A program made the translations under genes and the position numbers. From Alphaproteobacteria bacterium (GTDB lineage Bacteria > Pseudomonadota > Alphaproteobacteria > JAAXGF01): 64,000 bases of DNA. Numbering within the stretch: the first letter of the stretch is position 1; every line of letters begins with the position of its first letter. The DNA is taken from assembly GCA_963555825.3 (NCBI GenBank), contig CAUVXB020000001.1:2272001-2336000 (forward strand), written 5' to 3'. Shown piece after piece: positions 1 through 10,772 of this stretch. A model generated the notes under the pieces. It searched no databases. It saw only the letters and a list, made by a program, of their open reading frames with translations, and was not told the origin of the DNA.

Positions 1-503
1 AGTACGCAACGCGAGATAACGAGGAATATTGCGACGAACCAAGAACCGAAGACCAGGCTATAGACCCATACGCTAACAGAGCCCGGGACATAAAATGGGC
101 CAACGATCGTTGGGATGAACGAGAATGCAATTCCCGGGATCAACAGGCAAGGCAGAGACATCGCTTCGCGGCGGCCGAGGCGAAACTGAACAGGAGCGCC
201 GGTGTCCCGTCGCCCGAGCAGCAGAAACCGGCCCCAAGCGACCGCGAAGACGCTCCAGAACAGCATGATGACCAGAAACCGGACCGTCCCGGGCAGGTGG
301 TGGTACCACTGGATTGCGCCGGTGGGCGACGCGATTACCCCGCCAATGGGTATAAACTTGATGATTACGGTCGCCACGAGCGGGACAGCCGCAACGGCGA
401 ACAACGGCCTCAGATTGCGAAACGTCGTGCGGTAGGCGTCGACCACCGTGCGCCAAACCGGAAGCTTCGTTTCACCGTGTTCCTCGCCGTCCACTAACGC
501 CAT
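1..503 (-). CDS. Hypothetical membrane protein, partial (runs off the left edge)
   Basis: Translated by hand, not in ORF track: ATG at 503, MALVDGEEHGETKLPVWRTVVDAYRTTFRNLRPLFAVAAVPLVATVIIKF...VAWGRFLLLG..., open to base 1 with several hydrophobic segments. Confidence 0.7.
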   Translation of the reverse strand, partial: MALVDGEEHGETKLPVWRTVVDAYRTTFRNLRPLFAVAAVPLVATVIIKFIPIGGVIASPTGAIQWYHHLPGTVRFLVIMLFWSVFAVAWGRFLLLGRRDTGAPVQFRLGRREAMSLPCLLIPGIAFSFIPTIVGPFYVPGSVSVWVYSLVFGSWFVAIFLVISRCV

Positions 504-611
504 TGCGGGTCACCTCGTCATCGCACCGCCGATTCTCGGGAGAGTAGCGCAATCCGAAATGCGTAAACAGCGTGGACTAGCGAACGCCCAGGGCGACTGT
601 ATTTGAATCCC

Positions 612-1793
612 CTACTCCCCCTCGACCACCGGCAGCGTCGTCGCGGGGGGCGTGTTGCGGCTGCGGCGGCAGCGGATCTGGCCGTCGATGATGACCATGC
701 CAACGCTCGCCAGGTCGCCCATCTCGACGCTCTCGAGGATGGTGCGCCCCGCGGTGTGCTGGGCGCGGTCCAAGAGCGCCAGGTCGCACGGCCGGCCGAC
801 CTCGATCAGGCCCGCCTCGAGGCCGCGGATCTTGGCCGTGTTGCCGGTCGCGAGGCAGAAGGCCTGCTCGGCCTTGAGGTCGCCGAGGCTCGCCAGCAGT
901 GCGATGACGCGCAGGATGCCGAGCGGCTGGACGCCCGAGCCGGCCGGCGCGTCGGTACCCAGAATGACGCGGTCGAGCTGGCCGATCTCGCGCGCGATGT
1001 GCAGCGCGTGCAGCGTCGCCTTCTCGTTGCCGTTATGCACGATCTCGATGGCCCGCGTGGTATCGGCGCAGAGGTCGCGGATCTGATCCAGCGGCAGCGC
1101 CGTGTGGCCGCCGTTGATGTGGCCGATGACGTCGGCGTCGGCCTCCATCACGACGTCGCGGTCGATCAGGCCCGAGCCGGGGATCGACGGCCCGCCGGTG
1201 TGGATCGTCGAGCCGATGCCGTATTTGCGCGCCCAGGCGACCATCTGCCTGGCCTCGGCGCCCTGCTTGACGCCGCCAAGCCCGATCTCGCCGAGCAGCG
1301 TCACGCCGGCGTCGGCGAGATCCTTGAAGTCCTGCTCGACCATGCCGTGTTCGACGACCGGCGCGCCGGCGAGCACCTTGACGCCGCCCGGACGGAAGCT
1401 CGAGAAGGCGCGCTGGGCGGTGATCGCCAGCGCCTTGAGGCCGACGATGTCCTTGGGCTGGCCGGGCAGGTGCACCTCGCCCGCCGAGACCATCATGGTG
1501 ACGCCGCCGTTCATGCAGCTGTCGATCCAGCCGAGCTGGCTCTGGCGCGGCGTCCAGTCGCCGAACACCGGATGGACGTGGCTGTCGATCAGGCCGGGCG
1601 TGACCGTCGTGCCCTTGGCGTCGACCACGACGGTTGCGCCGCCGCAATCGACGTCAGCCGCCTTGCCGACGGCGACGATCCGCCCGCCCTCGGCGACGAT
1701 CGTGTCGGCATCGAGGATCGGCTTTGCGAGATCGCCCGAGATCAACAGCCCGATGTTGCGGACGACGAGCTTGTCGCTGCCTGTGTCAGCCAT
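612..1793 (-). CDS. ena: Enamidase-like amidohydrolase (metal-dependent hydrolase superfamily)
   Basis: PGLIDSHVHP metal motif, GDWTPRQ, SAGEVH, IHTGG, GHINGG, LGTDAPAGSG, as recalled for nicotinate-pathway enamidase. Confidence 0.8.
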   Translation of the reverse strand: MADTGSDKLVVRNIGLLISGDLAKPILDADTIVAEGGRIVAVGKAADVDCGGATVVVDAKGTTVTPGLIDSHVHPVFGDWTPRQSQLGWIDSCMNGGVTMMVSAGEVHLPGQPKDIVGLKALAITAQRAFSSFRPGGVKVLAGAPVVEHGMVEQDFKDLADAGVTLLGEIGLGGVKQGAEARQMVAWARKYGIGSTIHTGGPSIPGSGLIDRDVVMEADADVIGHINGGHTALPLDQIRDLCADTTRAIEIVHNGNEKATLHALHIAREIGQLDRVILGTDAPAGSGVQPLGILRVIALLASLGDLKAEQAFCLATGNTAKIRGLEAGLIEVGRPCDLALLDRAQHTAGRTILESVEMGDLASVGMVIIDGQIRCRRSRNTPPATTLPVVEGE

Positions 1794-1846
1794 GTCCGGT
1801 CCCTCCCCTGACGATGCTCGATGGTGCGCCTGCTGGACGCCGCGCG

Positions 1847-2020
1847 TCAACGCCTGACCCCGACGCAGCGGTGCGGCGGCGCGGGCTCGGCGGCGAGCGT
1901 GGTGGGGGTTGCTTCATATTTGATCGCGCCGTTCTCGATGAATGCGACGCGGTCGGCGACCTCGCCGCCTCGACCCTTTACTCGACGATCTGCACGGCGG
2001 CGTTTTGCGCCTTGAGCCCG
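1847..2020 (-). pseudogene. Degenerate 3' fragment of a LivF-type ABC ATPase
   Basis: Translates LKAQNAAVQIVE*RVEAA/EVADRVAFIENGAIKYEATPTTLAAEPAPPHRCVGVRR*, aligning with the C-terminus of the intact gene at 9320-10021 (LKSQGVAVLLVEQKVEAALEVADRVAFIENGAIKHVSTP...HRYVGVGR). Confidence 0.8.
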
Positions 2021-2225
2021 CCTATCAACCTCAACCTACACAAGCCCATTGAGAATGATGGCAGCGTCGGCGAACAGGAAGAGAGGGAAAGCATGCCATG
2101 TCAAGTCGGACGCCTGGCCGGCGTAAAATCGAACCTAAGAGTGTGACAAGCTGGCGTCCCTCTGCTATCAATTGCAGGCGCTATATGAGAAAAATTATCA
2201 CCATAACATGGGATAACTCGGAATT

Positions 2226-3134
2226 ATGAATGCGATTACAACCTATGATACCTGGCCCGGATTGGAGTTTATTTTCCTAGTATATTCTACAGTGACAACT
2301 TTCATCCTCGTTGTGCTTTCAGTACAATTGTATCGTTGCTTGAAGGAACAGGATCGCGCAATCACCCAAAATCAAGGCTTGGATCAGCGGGAGCAACTTC
2401 TCGAGATCGTAAAGCGCGCCATCCTGTGGATCATTGGCTATAAGGGCGAGGAAAGGGAGAAAGCGTCTGTCCAAGAGATTGATCTGAACTGGATCAATAG
2501 GTACTCAGGTTCGATAATCTTGCGCTTCGTGCCCATTTATGCGTCGTACATTTTTTCGCTTCTAATGCTCACCCGCCCGGTGTTCATTGAAGGAAATCAA
2601 TACGCTACCTTCCTATACTCGCAAGATCCCGTCTGGCTATATACGATGCTGGTGGTCTACGTGGCCTCCAACGTGATTTATGACTATTTGTCGCTTCGAT
2701 TTTCGTATCGGCACATCTTGAGCGCTCAGTCGTCTAAAAGATATATTTATTATTTTATGAAAGACGGAATCTATGCCGCGATCCTATTTTTGCCATCCCA
2801 AATTATCTCATGCTTTCTTTGGGTATTCAAACGTGAGAACCGCGAATTTCCCGGGATGCAGGATAGCTTGCTGCAGAATTTCTGGGACATAAGCCTATGG
2901 CCCTACTCCTTCGTCTCACATTACGGTGCGACAGACGTGACAGGACAATTGTTCCCAGGCCAATTATTGATAACCGGAACAGTGTTCTTTCCGACGATCG
3001 CACTCGTCTCGATATTCGATGTGTTCTCAGTGTTCCTGAAAATGACGCTCTATACGAAACGCTTGCTGCTAAAACTTGATCTGGACCGTCTCTGCCGTAT
3101 TTACTTGAAGATCAACTTTGTCGGGATATTTTAA
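2226..3134 (+). CDS. Low-GC polytopic membrane protein of unknown function; frame stays open past the TAA to 3245
   Basis: 302-aa ORF with multiple hydrophobic helices and AT-rich codons; 36 further in-frame codons (PKDKVARFGYCNLAMLVVLDLGIVTALSKLVDLIFG) follow the stop. Confidence 0.65.
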   Translation: MNAITTYDTWPGLEFIFLVYSTVTTFILVVLSVQLYRCLKEQDRAITQNQGLDQREQLLEIVKRAILWIIGYKGEEREKASVQEIDLNWINRYSGSIILRFVPIYASYIFSLLMLTRPVFIEGNQYATFLYSQDPVWLYTMLVVYVASNVIYDYLSLRFSYRHILSAQSSKRYIYYFMKDGIYAAILFLPSQIISCFLWVFKRENREFPGMQDSLLQNFWDISLWPYSFVSHYGATDVTGQLFPGQLLITGTVFFPTIALVSIFDVFSVFLKMTLYTKRLLLKLDLDRLCRIYLKINFVGIF

Positions 3135-3738
3135 CCGAAAGACAAGGTTGCTCGGTTTGGCTATTGCAATTTGGCAATGCTTGTGGTGCTTGACCTTGGC
3201 ATTGTGACCGCACTCTCAAAATTGGTCGACTTAATTTTTGGTTGATCTAGTTATCTGATATTTCAAGAGGATCTGTACATTGTAACAGTAGCCGTAACTT
3301 CTGTTGAAAATTAAACGGCTTGAACAAAGATAGAATTCCCAAATTCGCATGATTATATCTTTCTCTTGTTCGCTAAGCGCCGCATCTAAATGGGTGCGTA
3401 GCAAATCATAATTCCGATAGAAATTTTCCTCCCAGGCGATGAGTGTTTTGCGATAGTTGCTTTTGTCGTGAGTAAACACTTGTCTGAGTTTCAAAGGAGA
3501 TTTTTCGACGACACGGACAATCTCCGCAAGTTCTGGAATGTATGCTCCGGGAAAGACGACCTGGTTCGATCCAGCTATTTGTTGCGCCCGTATGCTTGCG
3601 AACAATGCAGTGGATTAGGGCTCGCCCATCGTCCCTTAGTAGGTTGAAAACCTGCGAAAAATATTCGGCAAGGTATCCTCGACCAACGTGCTCTAGCATT
3701 CCAATGGAATAGGTACGATCAAATTTGGTGTTAGGCGC

Positions 3739-4883
3739 AACGGACTAATCTATGCCGAAATCGCCCGATCTCTCATTCCGATCCCTGATGCATATCTCGG
3801 GCTGGTCTTTGGTTATGTTCCAGGCTTGGCAACCGGCCTCGATGATGGCGTCGTGCTTCGAAGACGCGGTTGAGAGCCAATTCTGGCCACATATTGCCTA
3901 GATGTTCTCGACCGGGTTCAGCTCGGGCGAGCGCGATGGCAGCAGGATGATGGTGAGGTTCTTGGGGACCTTGAGCTGGTCGGTGCTGTGCCACCCGGCG
4001 CGGTCCATCAGGACGACGCACATGGGCCTTGGCGGCGACGTTGCAGCTGATCTCGTCGAGATGACATCTGCATGGCGGCTGTGTTGGCGAAGGGGAGCAT
4101 GAGAGCGGCACCCTTGGCTCCCATGGGACAGATTGCGCCAAAGAGGTAGGCGTTCGTGTAGCGCTGATCGGCGGGCAGGCGTGGCCTTGTTCCCTTCTTC
4201 GCAAATGCGCACACGCCCGTTCTTCTGTCCCAGCCTGGCCTCGTCTTGGAACCAGATCTCGACCCGCTTGGTCTTGGGCAGACCGGCTAGGTGGGCAGCG
4301 AGCGTGCGGGGGAAGTTTTTTTCAACGCCTCGATCACCCGCTGGTCCTGCTTGGGGTGCTGCGGCCGGGCGCTGATGTGGGAGAAGGACAGCGCGACGAG
4401 AAGGTCGGAGATCGCCCGCTCGCTATAGATCACGCCAAAGCGTTCTTCGATCACCCGTTTCAGGTCAACCCGCCGCCAGCGAACCACACCGTCAATCTCT
4501 GGATCGGGGCCCGTTTCGACGATCACCGACAGTTCGCCCATCTGCTCGCGATCAAGAGCCGGGGGCGGCCCGCACCGGGACGGTTCTTCAAAGGCCCCTT
4601 CATCGAGCGGACAATCGCCCAAGTCTCTCAGCGTCTGGCGATGCCATGCCGCCGACCTAGCGGCTTCCAGCGGCTCATGCCGTCGTAAACCGCCGCCAAG
4701 GCCAAAAGCCGGCGAACTTGGCGGGGATCGCGACTGTGCTTGGCCCATCGTCCGGAGCTCAATGCTGTCGTAGTCGTCCTGCGAGCAATGCATACTGACA
4801 TCGGCGAATCTCCTTCGACCAGCCTTGAATCTAGCATCCAGCCCAAAAAGGGAATAGGCGAGTCAAATTTTGCGCCGTTGGTA
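3739..4883 (-). mobile_element. IS630-family insertion sequence, transposase heavily frameshifted
   Basis: Fragments RRLLALAAVYDG, GPDPEIDGVVRWRRVDLKRVIEERFGV, WFQDEARLGQK, MDRAGWH, LPSRSPELNPVENI; A-run slippery site near 4316-4322; TTAGGCGC on both flanks (3731-3738, 4884-4891). Confidence 0.85.
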
Positions 4884-5435
4884 TTAGGCGCGAATTGCGA
4901 TAAATCGGACCTCACAAACTCGGCTTTTTTCGATTTTCGGCTCAGTGCATATTCGACCTGCTTACGGGAGATGTTGACGCCGGTTACATGACAACCAACG
5001 GAGCTGCTTACTGCTTCCGCGATTTGTCCCCATCCACATCCTAGATCGAGGACCCAATGAGAGGACTTCAGCGCTAGCTTAGATGAAACCTTCTCAATCT
5101 TCCTATTCTGAGTCGTTTCAAGGTTATCGGATTCGTGCTCGAAGAAAGCACAGGTGTACTCTAGTTTTTTGCCAAGTATGTGTCTCATGAATTCTGGAGA
5201 CGTATTATAGTGTAGCGCGATGTTCTCCTTAACTTTCATTGGAAAAAGTCGATACATCACGAAGTCCGGCACGGGGCTGCGATCAAACCAGCCAAACCAC
5301 TTGAAAAGAAATGATTGCGGTTGCGAGGTAAGGAATTGCAAGAAATTATAAAGTCGCTCCCGCTCGCAACACCAATATCCCAGTGTGTAGTAGCTTGGAA
5401 AACGGAAATCTGGTTTCATCATTAGTAGGATCATC

Positions 5436-6190
5436 CTTGCCTATCCGGTTATCACCCACACCCACTATATGTAGTGTGTCTCCTTGGACTGCAGGCAAGG
5501 GCCGGCGCAGGCGCATTGAGGAGGCGATCCGGCTAATTCTTGATTGTTCTGAAAACCGAACCGGAGTTTAATTCACGTCACGTACTTAACATCGGGGGAC
5601 GGAACGGTGGCGACCAAGGGAAAAACGAAGAAACCCACGGCCAGACGGGAAGCTGCTGATGAAACGACATCGTCTGAGCGATTGACGGCACTAGTCGAAG
5701 AAAGCGACGCGCTGGCACGAATCGTTGCGAAGAACCCGTCCGCGCCTGTTAGTCTCCTGCGCGTTTTGAGTCGCAGCGAAGACGAAGCGACACGCAAGAA
5801 CGTGATCCTCAATCCGTTTACTCCATATGACGTATTGAGCGAACTTGAAAACCAGTTCACAGAGCTATTTGTGAATAATCCGGCACTCGAATCCTACAAT
5901 TCAATGAAGCTCTGATTTCCTGGAATATTCCATCGGTGTCGTTCACCTCCGATTTCAGATAAATTTCAATGAAGTGACGGTCCTTTATGCAACGTGGCGT
6001 TTTGCCAAATCCGACTCAATGATTAGGATTTCCACCACGCTAAAGTGTCGCCTAAAAGCCGCTACAATGCCGTCCGAGTCCCTGCTCGGCATCGCCGGAG
6101 ATATCTCCGCTTCGACCTGCACCGAGCTTTACTCAGGAAAATGGGTGCACACTACATATAGTGGGTGTGGGTGATAACCGGATAGGCAAG
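5436..6190. mobile_element. Non-autonomous 755-bp cassette (MIC/MITE) with perfect 43-bp terminal IRs and 8-bp TSD, IS1595-family-like ends
   Basis: IR CTTGCCTATCCGGTTATCACCCACACCCACTATATGTAGTGTG at 5436-5478 and its exact reverse complement at 6148-6190; GGATCATC at 5428-5435 and 6191-6198; no transposase inside. Confidence 0.9.
5607..5915 (+). CDS. Small passenger protein with LRV/HEAT-like helical repeats
   Basis: Repeated VAKNPSAP..LL..L / VILNPFTP..VL..L / FVNNPAL units. Confidence 0.6.
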   Translation: MATKGKTKKPTARREAADETTSSERLTALVEESDALARIVAKNPSAPVSLLRVLSRSEDEATRKNVILNPFTPYDVLSELENQFTELFVNNPALESYNSMKL

Positions 6191-6413
6191 GGATCATCCT
6201 CCGAAACGAAGGTGGGGCTATCGTGCAGACGTAATCGCCAGAACCGACATAGACGATCTCGTCCTCAAACTGCAGGCCAAGAACGCCCTTCTGGATGCTG
6301 CCTGAAAAGAGCCGAATAATTAAGGGTTTTGTCCATTTTGCGGGGTATGAATAATCGTTCGTGACTGCTATTTTCTGTGTCGAATGGGGATTCATAATCC
6401 GAGTTATCGTGCC

Positions 6414-7322
6414 TCATTCGAGCCGTCTCCGGTGGTTGGCGCGGAGGATGGCCGATCTGAGGCTCACGTCGGTCACGTGGGTGTAGATCTCGGTGGTCGA
6501 AATGCTGCTGTGGCCCAGGAGCTTCTGCACGTACCGGATGTCGACGCCGGCCTCGAGGAGCTGCGTCGCTGCGCTATGCCGCAGCATGTGGGGCGTCACG
6601 CGGCGGCGGATCGGCGCGGCGCGGGCGAGTTTGTGGAGCCTGCGGCGGAAGTAGTCGGGCCGGGCCGGCGTCCCGCGACCGGTGACGAGCAGGACATCGG
6701 TCGACGGCCGTGCCGCCCGTCTGATGTCGAGGTAGGACTCCACGGAACCGCGTAGCCGCTCATCGACCAGGTAGACCCGCCGTTCCCGGTTCCCCTTGCC
6801 GTTTATCCGGATCGTGCCGCCCGCGATGTCGAGGTTCTCGAGCCGAATGCCGCATAGCTCGCCGATCCGCATCCCGGTGGCGAACAGCAGCTCGAGGCCG
6901 AGGTGAAGCGTCGCCCGCGGCACGTCGTTGGGGCGCGATCTCGCTTCCGCCGCCGCGCGCGCGAAGAGCGCCCTGAGTTCGTCCTTGGTCAGGTCGCGCG
7001 GCAGCCGGCGCGGCAGTCGGATGCGGGTCTTCAGCGTGTGAAAGACGTTCGATGCGATCCGTTCCTCGTCCTCGAGCCAGCCGAATTTGACCTTGAGACA
7101 GGCGATCCTGCGCTTGATGCTCGCCGGCGCCAGCCCTCGGTCGTGGAGGTTCGAAATCCAACCCACGACGGTCTCCTTGTCGAGCGGATCGCGGCCTTCG
7201 ATCCGACGCAGCCAGGCGCCGTAATCGCGCAGGTCCTGCCGGTAGGCGCGTTGGGTGTGAAGCGACAGACCCTTGCGTCGGCAGTGTTCGAGAAACTCGG
7301 TCGAGAGTCGGGTGAAGTCCAT
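6414..7322 (-). CDS. XerC/XerD-family tyrosine recombinase
   Basis: N-terminal SAM-like domain (HTQRAYRQDL); catalytic R (TGMRIGEL), K (GKGNRER), HMLRHS, LLGH, TTEIYTH. Confidence 0.92.
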   Translation of the reverse strand: MDFTRLSTEFLEHCRRKGLSLHTQRAYRQDLRDYGAWLRRIEGRDPLDKETVVGWISNLHDRGLAPASIKRRIACLKVKFGWLEDEERIASNVFHTLKTRIRLPRRLPRDLTKDELRALFARAAAEARSRPNDVPRATLHLGLELLFATGMRIGELCGIRLENLDIAGGTIRINGKGNRERRVYLVDERLRGSVESYLDIRRAARPSTDVLLVTGRGTPARPDYFRRRLHKLARAAPIRRRVTPHMLRHSAATQLLEAGVDIRYVQKLLGHSSISTTEIYTHVTDVSLRSAILRANHRRRLE

Positions 7323-7721
7323 GATCGCGTCCTCCTGTTCCACTGTTTCTTTTTGGTTCGAATACAATGGCATGCCGGAACGGCCCGCCGGCAACCTCTG
7401 GTCCGGCGCGGAAATTGTCATGTGGGGAGGACGTGAACGGAGGATGAGCCGGACGGTCGAACCGATGCCGGCGGATACGCCGCCGAGGAAAGCCGATCCG
7501 AGCGGGCTTGTCAGCGCGCCGCGATTACTCGACAGATTGCCCGCGGCATCGCCGTCGTGACGTTTCGGCCGATCCTCGGAACCCTAGCCCGGCTTTCTCA
7601 CCAAGGACAGGTGGGGCACGGCGGATTTCGGCCGACAGGCTAGGAAAAGCGTGCGGCGCGATGCTTGCGCATCGGGCAAGCGCTTTGACGCGGCCTGTCG
7701 TCCGAGATCCGCCGCCCTTAA

Positions 7722-9182
7722 CAGCCCGTTGACGAAGTCGGCACTGGACGCAAGCGGCCTGGTCTGATTCTTTGATGTTCTGATTTGACCGGAGGATTCG
7801 CCGATGGCGATGGGACAGCAGAAGGATCGTCAGGGGGACTTGATGGTGGGCTGGGCGGAGATGCCGCGCTCGCCGGGTCATGTGTTTTACGACCGCCTGC
7901 AGTCGGTGCTGATCGAGGGCGGCTTCGACGCCTTTGCCGAGGCGAGCTGCCGGCCCTATTACGCGGCCAGGATGGGCGCGCCCTCGGTGCCGCCCGGGCG
8001 CTATTTCCGCATGCACCTGGTGGGCTACTTCGAGGGCATCGACTCAGAGCGCGGTCTGGAGTGGCGTTGCTCGGATTCCCTGTCGCTGCGGGAGTTCCTG
8101 CGACTGGGGAGCCGTGAGCGGGTGCCGGACCATTCCTGGCTGTCGAAGACCCGCGCGCGCCTGCCCCATGAAGTCCACGCGGCGGTCTTCGACTGGGTTC
8201 TGGCCTTGATCGGCGAGGCGGGTCTGGTGAAGGGCGAGCGCATCGGGGTGGATGCCTCGACCATGGAGGCCAACGCGGCGCTGCGCAACATCGTGCGGCG
8301 CGACACGGGTGAAGGCTACCGGGAGATGCTGGAGCACCTGGCCCGGGAGAGCGGCATCGAGACGCCCACGGCCGAGGACCTGGCGCGTCTGGACCGCAAG
8401 CGCAAGGGCAAGAAGCTTTCCAACGAGGACTGGGTTTCGAAGAGCGACCCCGAGGCCAAGATCGCCAAGATGAAGGACGGCACGACGCATCTGGCCTACA
8501 AGCCCGAGCACGCGGTGGATCTGGACACCGGCGCGGTGGTGGCCGCCGAGCTGCACCCGGCCGACGAGGGCGACACGACGACGCTTCCCAAAACGTTGGA
8601 GACGGCCAAGGAGAACCTTGCGAGCGTTGACGCGGCGCCGACGGCAGAGGACCCGGCCGAATGTGTGACCGACAAAGGCTATCACTCACGGGCGGTCTTG
8701 AAGGCCTTGGACAACGGCCCGTGGAAGACCCGGATCGCCGAGCCCAAGCAGAAGGGCTTCGCGCGCTGGCGCGGCGACGAGGCGGCGCGGCGCGCGGTCA
8801 CCAACAACCGGACCCGGCTGTTATCGGGGGTGGCCAAGGAAGCCTTCAAGCTGCGCGCCGAGATCGTCGAGCGCTCCTTCGCCCACAACCTCGATCGCGG
8901 CGGCATGCGCCGGACCTGGCTTCGGGGCCGCGAGAACGTGCACAAGCGATACCTGCTCCACGTCGCCGGCCACAACCTATCGTTGCTGATGCGCCAACTC
9001 ATCGGCGCCGGCACCCCGCGCGAGGCCGTGGCGGGCGGATATGGCGGTATTTTCGTGCTGCTCACGCCCACCGGGGCCATGCTGGGCGCACTGGGGGTCT
9101 CGCAAAGCGGCCAGACGGTTTTCGCCGCCGCATTCCTCATCTGGGAGTGAGAGCCGGAAAAAGCCACTTAATCAACGGGCTG
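7722..9182 (+). mobile_element. IS1182-family-like insertion sequence
   Basis: IRs CAGCCCGTTGA / TCAACGGGCTG, TTAA duplicated (7718-7721, 9183-9186), single DDE transposase. Confidence 0.85.
7804..9150 (+). CDS. Transposase (DUF772 + DDE, IS1182/IS4-superfamily type)
   Basis: GYFEGIDSERGLEWRCSDSLSLREFL, PDHSWLS, GVDASTM, TDKGY, RAEIVERSFAH. Confidence 0.9.
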   Translation: MAMGQQKDRQGDLMVGWAEMPRSPGHVFYDRLQSVLIEGGFDAFAEASCRPYYAARMGAPSVPPGRYFRMHLVGYFEGIDSERGLEWRCSDSLSLREFLRLGSRERVPDHSWLSKTRARLPHEVHAAVFDWVLALIGEAGLVKGERIGVDASTMEANAALRNIVRRDTGEGYREMLEHLARESGIETPTAEDLARLDRKRKGKKLSNEDWVSKSDPEAKIAKMKDGTTHLAYKPEHAVDLDTGAVVAAELHPADEGDTTTLPKTLETAKENLASVDAAPTAEDPAECVTDKGYHSRAVLKALDNGPWKTRIAEPKQKGFARWRGDEAARRAVTNNRTRLLSGVAKEAFKLRAEIVERSFAHNLDRGGMRRTWLRGRENVHKRYLLHVAGHNLSLLMRQLIGAGTPREAVAGGYGGIFVLLTPTGAMLGALGVSQSGQTVFAAAFLIWE

Positions 9183-9319
9183 TTAAGGGTCGCGCCGGGC
9201 GGGCCGCCCGCGGCGTCGAAGACCTTGACTGTGGCCCAGGCTACGCTCGGCAGCCTTCTCCTGGCGGATCGGCGACCGCCCGACGCGATGACGCGCCCGT
9301 CCATGGTGAGAAATCCGGG

Positions 9320-10007
<688 letters not shown>

Positions 10008-10021
<14 letters not shown>

Positions 10022-10772
10022 GGCTGCCCAGATAGGCCTGTTGCACCGCGTCGTCGTTCTCGATCTCGGCCGGCGTGCCCTCGGCGATGACCGCGCCTCT
10101 GTCGAGCACGGTGATGCGGTCGGCGAGTTCCAAGACGACCGACATGTTGTGCTCGATCATCAGCACCGTCGCGTCCTTGGCGATCTCGCGGATCAGCGCA
10201 CAGAACGCAGAAATCTCGTCGCGCGCCAACCCTTGCGTCGGCTCGTCGAGGATCAACAGCCGGGGCTCGAGCGCCAGCCCGAGGGCGACCTCAAGCAGCC
10301 GCTGATGGCCATAGGCGAGCTGGTCGGCGCGCCGATCGGCCTCGGCGTCGAGGCCGACCTTGCCGAGCGCCGCCTCGACGCGCGCAGCGACGCGCGCCTC
10401 CGACAGCGCCATGCCGCCGAACATCCCGCCCATCAGACGGCGCTGCGCCGCCAGCGCGACGTTCTCGTAACACGTCAGGTTGCGGTAGATGCTGGTGATC
10501 TGGAAGGTGTAGACGATGCCGCGCATAACGCGTTGTGGCGCCTTCAGCCGGGAAATGTCGTGGCCCTCGAAGGCGATCGTCCCGGCGCTTGGGCGAACGC
10601 GGCCCGAGATCATGCCGACCAGTGTCGTCTTGCCGGCGCCGTTGGGCCCGATGATCGCCCTGATCTCGCCGGCCGGCAGGCTGATATCGACGCCACGCAC
10701 GGCATCGAGGCCGCCGAAGCTCTTGCTCAGGCCCGCGGTTTCCAACAGCGTCACGGCAGCCATTCGAGCCAC
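10008..10772 (-). CDS. livG: Branched-chain amino acid-type ABC transporter ATPase
   Basis: GPNGAGKTT, LAYGHQRLLE, ILDEP, AYLG C-terminus. Confidence 0.92.

Larger units (their letters stand above)
3231..6395 (-). pseudogene. cfa: Cyclopropane-fatty-acyl-phospholipid synthase family SAM methyltransferase, split by two insertions and one frameshift
   Basis: Segments 6395-6191, 5435-4884 (NIALHYN, YTCAFF, VLDLGCGWG) and 3738-3231 (FDRTYSIGMLEHVG, VFPGAYIP, RIWEFYL) rejoin in frame when the insertions are removed; +1 frameshift near 3567. Confidence 0.85.
7588..9319. repeat. Symmetric ~270-bp MITE/RIME-like element (two inverted structured units) flanked by CTAG, interrupted centrally by an IS
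   Basis: Terminal IRs CCCGGCTTTCTCACCAAGGACAGG (7588) vs CCCGGATTTCTCACCATGGACGGG (reverse complement ending 9319), 21/24 identical; CTAG at 7584-7587 and 9320-9323; arms align along their length. Confidence 0.7.

Noticed and set aside
3731-4891. 8-bp duplication TTAGGCGC around the IS630 as an unusual TSD
   Set aside because: IS630 normally duplicates TA. The element sequence is riddled with indels and its left end looks eroded, so this may be a consensus artefact; single observation
6414-7322. Integron integrase with a cassette array
   Set aside because: The protein is about 300 aa without an evident IntI-specific insertion, the cargo lies downstream in the same orientation, and no attC-like repeats were found
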